A stretch of 35,398 nt of DNA, taken from positions 1 to 35,398 of the forward strand of contig JYFJ02004042.1 of NCBI GenBank assembly GCA_000934665.2, read 5' to 3'. Shown in pieces: positions 23,850-35,398 of this stretch. The DNA comes from Catajapyx aquilonaris. Taxonomy: Eukaryota. The notes below the pieces were generated by a model. That model saw only the letters and a list, made by a program, of their open reading frames with translations. It did not search any database and was not told where the DNA came from. Both the position numbers and the translations under genes were made by a program. The stretch's first letter is position 1; every line of letters starts with the position of its first letter.

Positions 23850-25315
23850 CCCCTGTTGGTGCAAGATTATCTGGCTGATACGTATTTTGGATGACAAGGT
23901 AGGAACGACCGATATTATGAGTCTTCCGTCGAATTTGCGGTATAGGGCGAAAATGTTTACAAAGATTGAGAAGAGGCTCTATCTGTCACATGGTAGGGAA
24001 TTCCGTTTTTGCATCCCCAAAGGTGTGTTGAGGGGTAGACTCTTACACGAATATCATACGGTGCAATCGAGTGGGCATTTTGGGTACGATAAATCTTATG
24101 CGGCGATAGCTTCTCACTATTTTTGGCCAGGTCTATGGACGGATGTCACCAAATTTGTCAGGTCTTGCGACACGTGTAGTCGGGTCAAATTTCCGACCAC
24201 GAAACAGTCTGGTTTGCTGCAGCCTCTGGACATTCCTAGTAGAAATTGGGAAAGTATGTCGATGGATTTGGTAACAGGGTTGCCTGTTACTGGTAAGGGT
24301 TGTGATACAATTGTGGTATTTATGGATAGGTTATCGAAGATGTGTCATTTGACTGTTTGCAAGAACTCAGTGACTGCGGTGCAGTTGGCTGAGATATTTT
24401 TCAACACTGTGTATAAGTTGCATGGTATGCCAGTTTCTATTGTGAGTGGTCGGGATGCTATGTTTACAAGTGCTGTTTGGAGTGCTTTGTTCAAAAGATT
24501 ACAATCTCGACTTTTGATGTCTAGTAGTTTGCATCCACAGACAGATGGGCAAACGGAGAAAGAGATCCAGGTTCTAACGACTACGCTCAAGACGTTTGCT
24601 TTTGAGCTGCCCACTTCATGGGATAAAAATGTGGGTTATGTGGAGTTTGCCATTAACAATTCTATGCAATTTGTCGACGAAAGTGTCACCGTTTTTTGCA
24701 AATTACGGGTATAATCCTACTACACCTGGGGTTCTGCTGGGGAAAGCTGGAGTGCATGAACAGGTGGAGGCGACAGGTACTGTTTTGGAGGCTATCAGAA
24801 TGGTTAATGTGAAAATCAAAGATAGTATGCGTTGGGCACAAGAGCAAAATGTTATGCACGACACAGGCCAGTGACTTTTCAGGTGGGGGATAAGGTCCTG
24901 CTTGACAAGAAGGCTGTGCGATATGGAAATGTACAGGAAAGCAGGAAACCTCGCCCTCGATATGAGGGGTCTTTTGTGATTACTGCGGTCACGTCAGATG
25001 TGAATTATAAGTTGGATTTACCTATGTCTATGAAGATACACGATGTGGTGCATGTATCGAAATTGAAATTGTATGTGGATAGGGCGCAGGAGTGGCGGGA
25101 TGGTCCAGTACGGCCGCCACCCCTGCACACCGACAGGCGGGGTCCCACATATGTGGTCCAGAAGTTGCTTAAAAAGAAGAGGGTCAATGGCAAAGTATTT
25201 TATTTTGGTAAAGTGGCTGGGTTATCCTGTTAGTGAGGCCACGTGGGAACCGCATGGCGGTGTGAAGCATTTACGTCGTTTAATCAGACAGTTGGCCTCG
25301 AGGACGACGCCTTGA
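23850..25315 (+). pseudogene. Integrase (HHCC, rve, GPY/F) plus chromodomain
   Basis: H..GHFG..CDTC; SMDLVT, IVSGRD (catalytic D changed to G), HPQTDGQTE; RYEGSF..YKLDLP..IHDVVHVSKLK; YVVQKLLKKKR..YF-LVKWLGYPVSEATWEP. At least three frameshifts. Confidence 0.88.
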
Positions 25316-25669
25316 TTTGATGAGGGGAGTTTGTAACAAGGCACGTTGAAATGTTGGGATTTTTTTTGCTGTTGTAATCCTACATTTTTTTTTGGAAAGG
25401 GGGCATTTCACTTGGAAAAGATACAAATACAAGTAGGGAGTCCTTGAACAAGGGACTCTCCGAGGTGGAAGGGAAGGCGAGCGGCTGGGCTCGGTCATTC
25501 AGATGGGGTGATGCAAAAGGGGCACCCCAATCTCACTTCGATTCTGTAACAAGTTGTAAAAAGGAAACTGTATCAAAGAAAGTGAATAAGATTGTTGTGA
25601 GAAACACCTTGGAGTTATTTGGATACCTGCCACGTTGAGACAGACCTATTCGTACGAAGAGGAGTGTTA
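23850..25669 (+). mobile_element. Ty3/Gypsy chromovirus-type LTR retrotransposon, 3' remnant
   Basis: Integrase, then CTCGAGGACGA...GAGGGGAG PPT, then an LTR starting TGTAACA at 25332 and apparently ending TGTTA at the TA hit by a mariner MITE. No gag, RT or 5' LTR. Confidence 0.85.
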
Positions 25670-25998
25670 CAGGGTGGTTCAACTTTTTTGTCCGAACAGT
25701 TATCGGAAAATTGCACGTAGCTGCTACTGTGTAAGCAGTGACTTGCAAACGATGATTTTTCGGAGGAACGGAGAATATTCCCTGCAAATCGTAGGTTTAA
25801 GTGGCATACGTGCTGCCCGCTGAAAATTGAGGGTCAAGCCTGGAAAAATGAGGGTCACACATGCCATGGTATGTGTGACCCTCTTTTTCCCCATTCCTCA
25901 TTCCTCCGACAAATCACCGGTTGCAAGTCACTGCTTACAAAGTAGCAGCTACGTGCAATTTTCCGATAACTGTTCGGACAAAAAGTTGAAACACCCTG
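25670..25998. mobile_element. Tc1/mariner MITE
   Basis: TA|CAGGGTGGTTCAACTTTTTTGTCCGAACAGTTATCGG...CCGATAACTGTTCGGACAAAAAGTTGAAACACCCTG|TA; long TIR. Confidence 0.88.
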
Positions 25999-26124
25999 TA
26001 TATATCAGAAAAACTATGATTTTGACCTTTTCGGTAAGTGTTAGGGCACTGACAGGTGGGATTACCCCCCCTGTATTCAGTGCTTTCCTTTCGTGGGAAA
26101 GGAAGCTGAATAATCCAAAACAGC

Positions 26125-26306
26125 ATATTTTCTCGCCGAAGGGCCAAGAAATGGTCTGTTATACCCAAGGTGCGGTGAAATTGAGTCTGTTATATCGGGA
26201 GTAAAAATACATAGGGCCTTGTGGAAGTATGCCGGGACAAGCATTTCGTAGTTTGGTATAAACGAAAGTCTGTTACAGGCGAGGCTGTTATATCCAGATT
26301 CAACTG
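26125..26306. mobile_element. Right end of a pogo/Tigger-like MITE
   Basis: ...CTGTTATATCCAGATTCAACTG|TA; homologous to 33155-33324. Confidence 0.65.
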
Positions 26307-26500
26307 TATATTTCTTCTAAATGTTATACAGTCTGCACAGGAAACTTGATTAAAATTAGATTTTTACTACCAACAGTGCCCTAAACTTGCCCTGTCATTA
26401 TGAAGATTTAAATCTGCAGGTTTGCCAAAAGAAGGATGAGCAGGGAGGAGAATTTGCAGGGTAAATGGGCCACTGCACTGGGCAGATAATAATTTAAGTA

Positions 26501-26865
26501 TGGGGAGACGGAGTGGCGCTGCGGTAACGTACGCGACCACGGATGTTAAGGTCCAGGGTTCGAACCCAACCAACCCGGGGATACCCCTTTCATCTCGTGC
26601 AAAGTTCTCGGGTCGTCTCTGGCTTCGTTTCGGGTGGTATTTCCAACAGACTAAGCCACCCAGGGAAGCTCACAAAATGACCTTACTAGTCGATGCACTG
26701 CACCTTGCACATCCCCTCCCAGTCCCCCTGCCCGTAGGCCCGGGCGCTTCTCACATGGTCTCAAGTTTCTGTCAGACTCAATCGATGGCGTTTAGGAACA
26801 ATTGGTTCTCCCCGAATACCCCGTAAGGGGTGGCAAGGGGTATTACAAAAAAATATTTAAAAATA
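26501..26865 (+). mobile_element. Full-length tRNA-derived SINE
   Basis: 15-bp TSD ATAATAATTTAAGTA (26486-26500, 26866-26880); A box TGGCGCTGCGG, B box GGTTCGAACCC; A-rich tail. Confidence 0.85.
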
Positions 26866-27407
26866 ATAATAATTTAAGTAGATTTGGTGGTACGTCAAGG
26901 CCATGGCCTAAACCTCTAATGGTGGTGGTTGCATTTCACCCATTATTCCTTATACACTATGATAAAACTGGAAATTGGAGATCAGGAGAAAAATATGTAC
27001 CGGTATCTTATTTTTTGATGTTATATTTTTTTGTATCATTAATAAATAAAAAATGGCCACAAATTTAATTGCATCACTGTTTGCAGTTTTCAGCAGTTTC
27101 ATGCAAACTTAAATGGTGAAAGCACCCATGGCATGACAGCCCAGATCTTTCCTTTTGTGACGCCACTATTCAGAAGGATTATCTCATTTTCAGAGATGTG
27201 TGACCCTGACAAGCACGACTCAGACCTCTCTGCGGACTGTCACTACTCACTACATGCTATAACTATATAATCTTCTAAAGTAGGTAGTGGTCTTAAACAT
27301 TTTGGTGGTATTCTAAGAGTTCAGGAGCAACAAAAACAAAAGGTTATAATAATACAGCATTAGAGATGAGAATTTCTTAGTGTATGACCACTTGGGACTG
27401 AACTTAC

Positions 27408-27884
27408 AGAATTCATTATCTGGTCGCAACGAATGGTAGCATTGATGTAGTTCCCATCAGTCAATCCTGAACTGTCGCCATCTCCTTTGGCACCAAAAAG
27501 TCTTTCCTGGGCAGTCTTGATTATCCGACCAGGCTTATTGGTCCTGTCCACCTTTGGTGGCAGTTCTGGAGGATGATCACACTGGTGAGGTGATCCCATA
27601 GGTGAATGTGCCAATGGAGACAGATGGCAGCGAGCATCCTTGTCAGCTCCTGATGGTATCACAAGGTATGGCAGAGATGGGGAAGTAGGGGTAGTAGGGC
27701 CAGCAGCCATCAAAGGAGAACCAGCTGGACTCTGGGGAGAATTAGGAGTCCCTCCAAGCAAAGGAGATGGATGGGAAGGGAAGTCTGCACCTTCTTGATA
27801 CGAAGAAAATCCATATTTGCTATCTAATGCTTGAGGTCGCTGTTCACTTCCTTGTTCCATTGCATAATTCCTCTGGTCATATTC
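27408..27884 (-). CDS. pyd: Coding exon of polychaetoid/ZO-1-like protein
   Basis: Acceptor TTTTTAG|GAA, donor TCT|GTAAGT; 477 nt open, phase 0/0. EYDQRNYAMEQ...PPELPPKVDRTNKP..TAQERLFG..NYINAT; splices in frame to the exon starting at 6840. Confidence 0.8.
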
Positions 27885-28450
27885 CTAAAAACATGACATT
27901 TCTAAATGATCATATAGTAGGGACAAGATAACCTAAGGGTTTTGGGCGTGGCTTGTGCCCTGTCAATCATAATTAGCCCCGCCCATTACCAGTCGACCAA
28001 TCTGGGTTCAATACGGTTGGAAGTAGGATCACGCAAGTCTTGGTAGATAAGAACATTTCAGGAATCTGGAGTACCTTTTATAAATTGTTTGTCTGCTGCC
28101 CATACCGAGTTCCGGTTGGGAGTTCAAATGTTATGGAAATAAATTGGTGCGCACTGGTGGCAGGTAATGAAGGACTCGTATTGATGAACTAACACATGAA
28201 TTCACTACAATACTTGACTGAGCTCCTCAAGAACAGAACCAGGACTCAAACATTCTAACAGTTGCCTGGCAACTGCTCACAACAATATTACAGGACACAA
28301 CAGTGGGGTCACTGACCTCAGTGAGTGGGGCAGACAGGAGCTCAGAGCCTCCATATGAACACCTCGATGGCCAAGACCCAAAAGAGAGGGGAGAAAGGAG
28401 AGAGGGGGGGGGGCGCTATGGGCGGAGTTTATTCACGTCACGTGTTAGAG

Positions 28451-28628
28451 CAGGGGTTCTTAACCTTTTAGGCCTCTGCACCCCTTTGAAGACAGTTGGT
28501 CCTTGTCACACCCCCTATACCAGGGGTGATTGACTAAGTTCATAGTTAGACTAAGTCCAGAGGTGCACCTTGCTCGCATCCCGAGGGAAGCCACCTCGCA
28601 CCTCATGTGCTTAGGTTAAGAACTGCTG
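28451..28628. mobile_element. hAT-Charlie-type MITE
   Basis: 8-bp TSD TGTTAGAG on both sides; TIR CAGGGGTTCTTAACCT / AGGTTAAGAACTGCTG. Confidence 0.88.
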
Positions 28629-30068
28629 TGTTAGAGTGACTCCTTTTCTGGGTCTGTCATTGGTGCCCCCATTCCCCCCCCCCCCCACCTCACCCCACTG
28701 TTTACATGTGGGGCAGGCAACCTTCGAGAATGTTATTTTCACTTATTTTCACAGGAAATGGGTGTTATGTTCTAAAACCTCAAGAATGAGATGAGTTTGT
28801 TTATGCTAATGCAGTTGGTAGCCCAGTAGCTTACACAAAGGGGGAAATATTTTCCCACCAAACGTTCTAAATTCCCATACCAAAAAAAAAAAACTCGGCA
28901 GAGGTGGGCACACGTTGCTAAACACAACTTCTTTACCCTTAGGTTAGCTTGTGCCTACTGCTGATAAAACTTTTCTTTTTTTCGTCGTCTTTTCTTCTGG
29001 GTCTTTTTTTCACTCCGTTCCTCCTTATTTTTATCCAGGAATTTATTTAGTACCGTACAGTACCCTGCAGGAAGTATTGTCAGTCACGCGTCATTTTATG
29101 GCGAAAATGCAAAGATACCGAGTCGCAGAATAGCGGCTGCTGAGTAACAGCTACCCCCCTCTTTTATTAATACAAAATAATGCACAGTACGGTACATAAT
29201 TGTAGGGACGATAGTCCCTATAAGTAAGATCCTCGTGCAAAAACAACAATGAAAATTTTCCTTGTTGTTGTTCAGGGGACGTTTTTCTGTCAAGCATATC
29301 TCAAAACCCGTTGCAAGTACAGCCTTCATATTTTGAACACGTATTGGTTCATCGATTAGCTAAGTGGCTGGAAGGTTAAATGTTTCACATTATAATAATT
29401 CACATATAATAATATATAATATGTAATACAATATAATATGTAATATGTCATATAATATAATATATAATAATAATATATAATATATATATTTAATAAGGAT
29501 AAATGATAAATATAATCCTTGAATTAATTAATTTGTTCATCGATTTACTGAGTAGCTTGAATGGCTGATGGACAAAGACGCTTTGATCATCACCATGATA
29601 CAAATCTAATTATTGTGTAAAATGCGGAAGTAAGATCTCTGGGTTACATTTATCCATAAGGTTGAAGATCTTACGCAGCCCAGTCTTGTTTCAGTCATTT
29701 CTATCCGTTACTTGGATCTTACTTTCCTTTTTTTTACATTTCCGTAGGGAATTAGTTTTTGTGATAATTATATTCTAAACTAGCGAGGTAGGCTCGAATA
29801 TAATTAAAGTAAAATTCTAAGCCCTGTCTATTGGTTCGCCAGGAAAGTCTACATAATTATATTTCCGAGTAAATGGATTCCACCAACATGCTGAAAAATC
29901 TCGTATCTTGTATGTACCCGCGCGAGCATAAAGACGGAGACGGCAGGCCCTTTTTTGACCTTTCTTTATCCAACTCAAATTAATGAACTCTTTTCGGACC
30001 GAGTTAGCTGCTTCCGGCGTGTGTTCGTGTATTTATGGCAGTATATTTGATACATTTTTGATACATAT

Positions 30069-30830
30069 TTGATAGCAGCGGATCAAGCGGCCAAGAATGC
30101 TCGTGCCTCGGAGTCACTTGAGGCTTTCTATCTCCCAGAGGTTAAGTCTGCCATTAAGGGACGTTTGATCAGAGTGGCGGAGGAGAAGTGGCAGGCCCGC
30201 TGGAATAAATCCTGCAATAAGCAGTATTTTCGGTATTTTCCTAGCGTCAAAATTAGCAAGGACACACTTATACATGGTCATACGGCGCGGCTTATATCAG
30301 GCCATGACTTACCTCGTACGTTTTGGGATACGTAGAGGAGAGGGAGCTTGTCCGTGTGGTGGTGGACTCCAAAATCCTGACCATATGCTATGGCATTGTC
30401 GTTTACCGGGCCTGGGGGAGGCCCGTTCTAGGATTAGAAGTTTGTCGATGCGCTGTGGAGCAGGGTGGCCCCCGTCCCCACGCCGTGTATTTGGCGTCCT
30501 CTTTGAGAGCTTCAACGCTTTATGTCTGGCTGTAGATGTCCTGCTGAGGAAGCTGAATAAATAGGCCTGAATGGACGCATTTGCGATCATTTATTAGGTT
30601 TTAGTTCTAGGTTAGGTTCCTTGTTCATGTGGACACAGTCCACTTATTGGATTTTCCTTTGGGGTTTCTGTCTCGAGACGGCTTTTCCTTGGTCATTTTA
30701 GTTTTAAGCCTGGGAGGTTTATGGTTTTAGGGTTATGGCATTCTTGGTCCTCAACTCCAGTAGACTTTTGAGGAGCTTTGCTCCAGCAGGGGTGCAAGGC
30801 CATATTGGCCGGGTCTTCCCCACTCAACTA
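30069..30830 (+). mobile_element. 5'-truncated non-LTR retrotransposon (R1/I-group-like): RNase H end, CCHC finger, 3' UTR
   Basis: ADQAAK..WQARW..FPSV..LISGH, frameshift, YLVRFG..CPCG..DHMLWHC; flanked by inverted arms of an older element (29913-29948 / 30877-30912). Confidence 0.8.
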
Positions 30831-31366
30831 TTATTTAAAGTATATTTGATACCGTAATAGCTGAGATTGGCAGAGCAGCCTGCCGTCTCCATCTTTATGC
30901 TCGCGGGTGTACTCTCTCTGACACAGCATTGATCGTCGTACGTACGTTGCGAGAAATAAATTAATACTACTTATTTCGCGCAAAGTACGACGATCAAAGC
31001 AAATTCTTCTGGCATGGTTCTCAAGGCTGTTATTCCGTATATTTTCACGCATTTCATAATTAAATCAGCCTAACAGTTGGTCGGCAGTACTCGGATTTCT
31101 AGTTTTATTAGCATTTTTTTTTTGAAATTAATTTTGGGACTTCTAGACGAGCAAAATTGTTCCAGACACATTCATAGTGTTTTCCCTGAACGTGATAAGT
31201 ATAGCTGTTATTATTTGTGTCATTGTACTATGAATAAACAAGGTAAACAACGATAAGCCCACGGTCCACACACACCCATATACACATATTTTTCCCTTTC
31301 TTTTTATGTTGCAGGCCTTTTCTTCTCTTTTTCGGTTAATACTGATGCCAAACACTGTATAAAGAA

Positions 31367-32164
31367 TAGATCAAAAACTTTCCCTTCAGTAAAAAAAAAA
31401 GAGAAGTAAGACCTCCGTGGCGGAATAAAAGTACTGAAACAAGGCAGGCGCACGTAAGACCTTCACTAATTGATTTAAGCTGTACCATAGGTCTTACTCA
31501 AGCAATTACCAATTTACTGCTCATGAAATCTCCTTTCTGAAAACAAATTTGTGGAATTTTTGTCGTACTACTAGTCACTTCTAACTTAGCAGTACCAGTG
31601 TAGTGCAATGGTACTGCTATAAGTTAGCAGTAACTACAGACCTATAGTTCATAGTAATAATAGTAGTACGACGAAAATTCCACCCATTAATTTTCCATGA
31701 GCTACTCCATATTAGTGTTTTATGACATTAGGAACTACAAAAGCACATTGAATTTATATGCGATTAGTGTGAATTATTGCCATGAAACATTCATGCAGAA
31801 TCGTCACCTCTTTTAGATGCTGATTTTAACGCTAACGTTTAATTTTTCACATATTGGTGGCGTTAATTGGTGAATTTTAGAGGGTCTTTTTCGATTGGAC
31901 CATGTCTGTTAGGATGGGTTTAGTTTTTCCCCCATTTTTTTCCTTTCATAATCAAATCCTACTTATACTGCTCTGAGTAGTTTGCAGCAGTCATTTTACG
32001 AGCCGTTCCGTACCGTACTTGAGAATTGCTTGAGTAAGACCTATGGTACAGCTTAAATCAATTGGTGAAGGTCTTACGTGCGCCTGCCTTGTTTCAGTAC
32101 TTTTATTCCGCCGCGGAGGTCTTACTTCTCTTTTTTTTTTACTGAAGGGAAAGTTTTTGATCTA
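31367..32164. mobile_element. Young MITE with ~140-bp near-identical TIRs, superfamily unassigned
   Basis: 31367-31508 is the reverse complement of 32024-32164 with ~2 mismatches; GTAAGACC motif three times per arm. Confidence 0.8.
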
Positions 32165-32379
32165 ATTTCAGTTCTTTTTTGACAGTACACATAACTTATG
32201 CTCTACACTATACAGTCTGCACTATGAATGCATTGGAGACGATTTTCGTCGCTTAGAAGTCCCTAAAATTATTTTCACAGAGATAGTCGTAAAATAACGA
32301 GAGTCGAGTGCTACCAGCCAACGGTTAGTCTGATTTAATTATTATGAAATAGCCTATACGCTAAGATATACGTAATATA

Positions 32380-32885
32380 TACATTGAGAACAGTACCAGA
32401 CGAATTTGCTGAAATCGGGGTACTTTGCAAGAATTCATTCAATACTTATCTGCGGCTTGTCTCCGTCACATCTGAAAACTCCCAACCGTGCTTAATTTTC
32501 GCGAAATGCGACGATTTCATCAAATCAGTTCGTCTGGCACGTTACAATAAAATACGCAAGTAAATGTCTGCAAAACCTGCGTAACGAACGGACAGTATGT
32601 CTGTGTTTGCATGGAAATGCCCAGGACATGTATCTTTTCCAATTCCCGGACCCGCGGAAAACAAAACTAGACAACTGTCACCAATGTCACTTGCAACATT
32701 ATTCGGGGCAACCCTTCAATTATTATCTACATTGAGAACCGTACCAGCCGAATTTACTGAAATCGTGGAACTTTCCAAGAATTAAATCAATACTATGTGT
32801 GGCTTGCCTCTGTCACATCTGAAAACTCCCAAACTTATTTAATTTTCGCGAAATGCAACAATTGCAGCAAATATTAGTCTGGCAC
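32380..32885. repeat. Diverged direct repeat (~160 bp, ~347-bp spacing) in a foldback-like relic
   Basis: TACATTGAGAAC.GTACCAG.CGAATTT...GTCACATCTGAAAACTCCCAA...TCTGGCAC occurs twice. Confidence 0.7.
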
Positions 32886-33154
32886 ATTTCTCAAGGTAGA
32901 TATTCCGCATACTGTAACATAATTTCATAATTAAATCAGCTTAAGAGTTGGCCGGTATTACCTGGCAATGTTATAGCCGAATATGCAACGAAAACATAAA
33001 TTTCCGCTTTCAATGTGGCTGTACTATGCACTACTAGACTACATAACGATTAATGAAATCTGTCACAAATGCAATATTGGCTCACCCGAAAATTATGCAG
33101 GACCAAAATATCCGAAATTTCCTTCTGCCGTCTCCTTTGTGCATACCTGGAAAA

Positions 33155-33324
33155 CAATATTTTCCCACCGAGGGTCCAAGAAATGGTCTGTTATACCGGA
33201 GGTGAGGTGAAAATGAGTCTGTTACCTCAGGAGTGCAAATACACAGTGCCCAATGGAAGCATGCCGGGACGGCCTTTATAACCAAGTATGTTTTATCCGA
33301 GGCTGTTATATCCGGATTCAACTG
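33155..33324. mobile_element. Right end of a pogo/Tigger-like MITE (second copy)
   Basis: Aligns with 26125-26306; ends TCCGGATTCAACTG|TA. Confidence 0.6.
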
Positions 33325-33876
33325 TAATAAGTACACTCCGTTCACTCCAGAGCAGCAGGGTAACATTTCCCTAACAATATAGCGAGGTGTAAATAGGAAT
33401 TGACGTTGCTAGGCGATGGAATCACGAACAAATGAAGTATTTGACGTAAAAAAAATCATAACTTCAATCCTGCAGCAGGTGGAAGTGCGAGGTTTTGAAC
33501 ATAGATCCGCACCATCCTACTGCGCATTCGGCCCTTTGATGAAGAAACCAAATTCCGAATAGTTATTGAGCAAATAAATAGAAACGTCTTTTTCATTTTT
33601 TTGCGGCGTTTTGAAGAGGAATTGAGTTTAGCTGTAAATGGTAGGAATGCACTTCACGACGGTAGGCATCTGTGTTCAAAATTTGGAAGCTCTACCTACA
33701 GCATAACTTGAGTTAGGGCGAATAAAAAAAGCGTAACAACAAGATGTTGAAGAAATTCATTGTTGAAATCTATGCTACGGTCTTACTAAGGGGCTATCGC
33801 CCCTTAAATAGAGCAAGTGACAAGCTGACATGTTTTTGACCATTTATGTAACTTTGGACACAGGGGGAAGCCCCCC

Positions 33877-34126
33877 TTAGGTGGAGACATTCGCGTTTTC
33901 GTGGCCCCTTGGCCTGATATCAACCTAAGCTTAGGTTGATATCAGGCTAAGCTAGGTGGATATCAGGTTAAAATCCTTAGGGGGAGAAATTGACCACTTT
34001 GGCTTAGGTTGATATCAGGCTAAGCTTAGGTGGATATCAACCTAAGCCAAGTCGTCTATGTCTCCACCTAAGGAATTAGCCTGATATCCACCTAGCTTAG
34101 CCTGATATCAGCATGTCTCCACCTAG
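33877..34126. repeat. Nested-palindrome element built from CTTAGGT(T/G)GATATC units
   Basis: Perfect 36-bp palindrome 33912-33947; outer arms TAGGTGGAGACAT / ATGTCTCCACCTA. Confidence 0.8.
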
Positions 34127-35398
34127 TGGGATAAATGTCTATTTGGCGTGCCATACGGCCGTACGGAGTGACGTCACATCCTTTCTGTATTCGAATTGAC
34201 TGGCGCGGACTGGCAGGTTGAACCTGGTTGAACGGCTTTTTAGCCTTGCGGGTTGCACTGAAAAAGGTGCTCTCATCTACAACGGCAGGATATTGAACAC
34301 ACTACTGTACAGTAGGGCGGCTCGAAAAACACTTTTGTTCGAAAGTTGTAGTTCGCTAGTGAAAAAAAGTTGTGTTGGGCGATCCTTTTGAGAGGTAAAA
34401 AATCTGAGTCATGTGGGTTAATATCCTACGGCTCCGCCAGGGGCGTAAGTGACGCAACTTCCGGGTTTTCCTTTTTGGTGTGCGAGTGCACTTACCCGGC
34501 CTAAACATGAAAAGTTGAGGCCCTTTGGGGGTGAAATGTCGTTATGTTTGCGATATCTTGCACCGTTGACGAGATATTGACCAAAACTACAGGTTCAAAA
34601 ATTACACAGTTCTGCAAAAAAAAAAAAACACACTCTTGCGATCTTTTGAAATCTTTTATGTGCTTTTTATGTATTTCGGGGTGTTGAATCCGAATCCGGC
34701 AACAAATCTACTCTATCACTTACGGTTTTAGAGACATATCGTTTTAAAACTTTGGACGGTTTACTAGGGGTCTTTCCGAATCAAGTGGGCCTAATGTTGC
34801 TAGACCGCCTCGGATCTTGGTGAAAATAATCCCAGATGTACTCATCTATTCCTTAATGCTGCCTATAAAAATTCAGCCACATTGCTCAATACTATGATGA
34901 GGGGAAAAATCGCAAACATCTGGAAATGGCTGAGAATGAGGCCTTTTTTGGAGATTTTTTTTCGGTTAGTGCAAGTGGTCAAACCCCAATGAACCTACAT
35001 ATCAAAAGAAAGGGAAACACCAGGACAATGCGCCTATGGAATTATATTTCCTCTAAACTGTAAAAATAAATTTTTATAGCATTTCATTTGTCACTAGCTC
35101 AGTCACATGCCCAAGAATATATTGTGGCCTCAATATGCTCTGCATAAAAATTCTGTTTTGGATAAAGGCAGATGGGCTATATAGATTAAGGTGTGCTGAA
35201 TCCAGATCTGAAGTCAGAAAGGCTCTATCACGTACAGCCTTTGAGAAAACTCAAATTTTGGGAGACACGACACTTAAATCAAGAATCGTTGTTTTTCACA
35301 GTAGTCCAGGCAATGAATGCTCAAAAAGGGGGTGTAGACGGAAATGACGGGACGGCAAGAATTGACCTCAGGGATTTGTTTGGACTAGTTAGGAGGTA

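Noticed and set aside
28303..28533. Possible extra exon (76-aa plus-strand ORF)
   Set aside because: Wrong strand for the host gene, runs into a hAT MITE, no recognisable motifs.
33877..34126. CRISPR-like repeat array
   Set aside because: Units are inverted and overlapping, with no unique spacers and no cas genes; eukaryotic context.

Overview
Eukaryotic (most likely insect/hexapod) genomic DNA, not prokaryotic: no operons, rRNA or CRISPR. The only host gene I can support is on the minus strand. Three coding exons (27408-27884, 6641-6840, 6030-6572) with canonical, phase-compatible splice sites resemble the proline-rich C-terminal region of polychaetoid/ZO-1. The rest is intron packed with transposons. 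The ~20.5 kb intron (6841-27407) holds: (i) a 1.74 kb P-superfamily foldback element with an 8-bp TSD, whose two ~760-bp inverted arms each carry the 3' end of the transposase; (ii) a fully bounded 10.7 kb AcademX element (TAG...CTA ends, CCA TSD, shattered transposase-XPG-Cys-rich ORF) with nested Kolobok-type, Harbinger-type, piggyBac and Helitron-like insertions; (iii) a chromodomain-bearing Ty3/Gypsy integrase remnant with PPT and 3' LTR. Also present are Sola, mariner/pogo and hAT MITEs, tRNA-derived SINEs (one with a V-domain core), a LINE 3' fragment and several hairpins. Family names come from recalled motifs and terminal/TSD signatures, not database searches. I found no convincing new functional system; the best leads are transposon-biology oddities.
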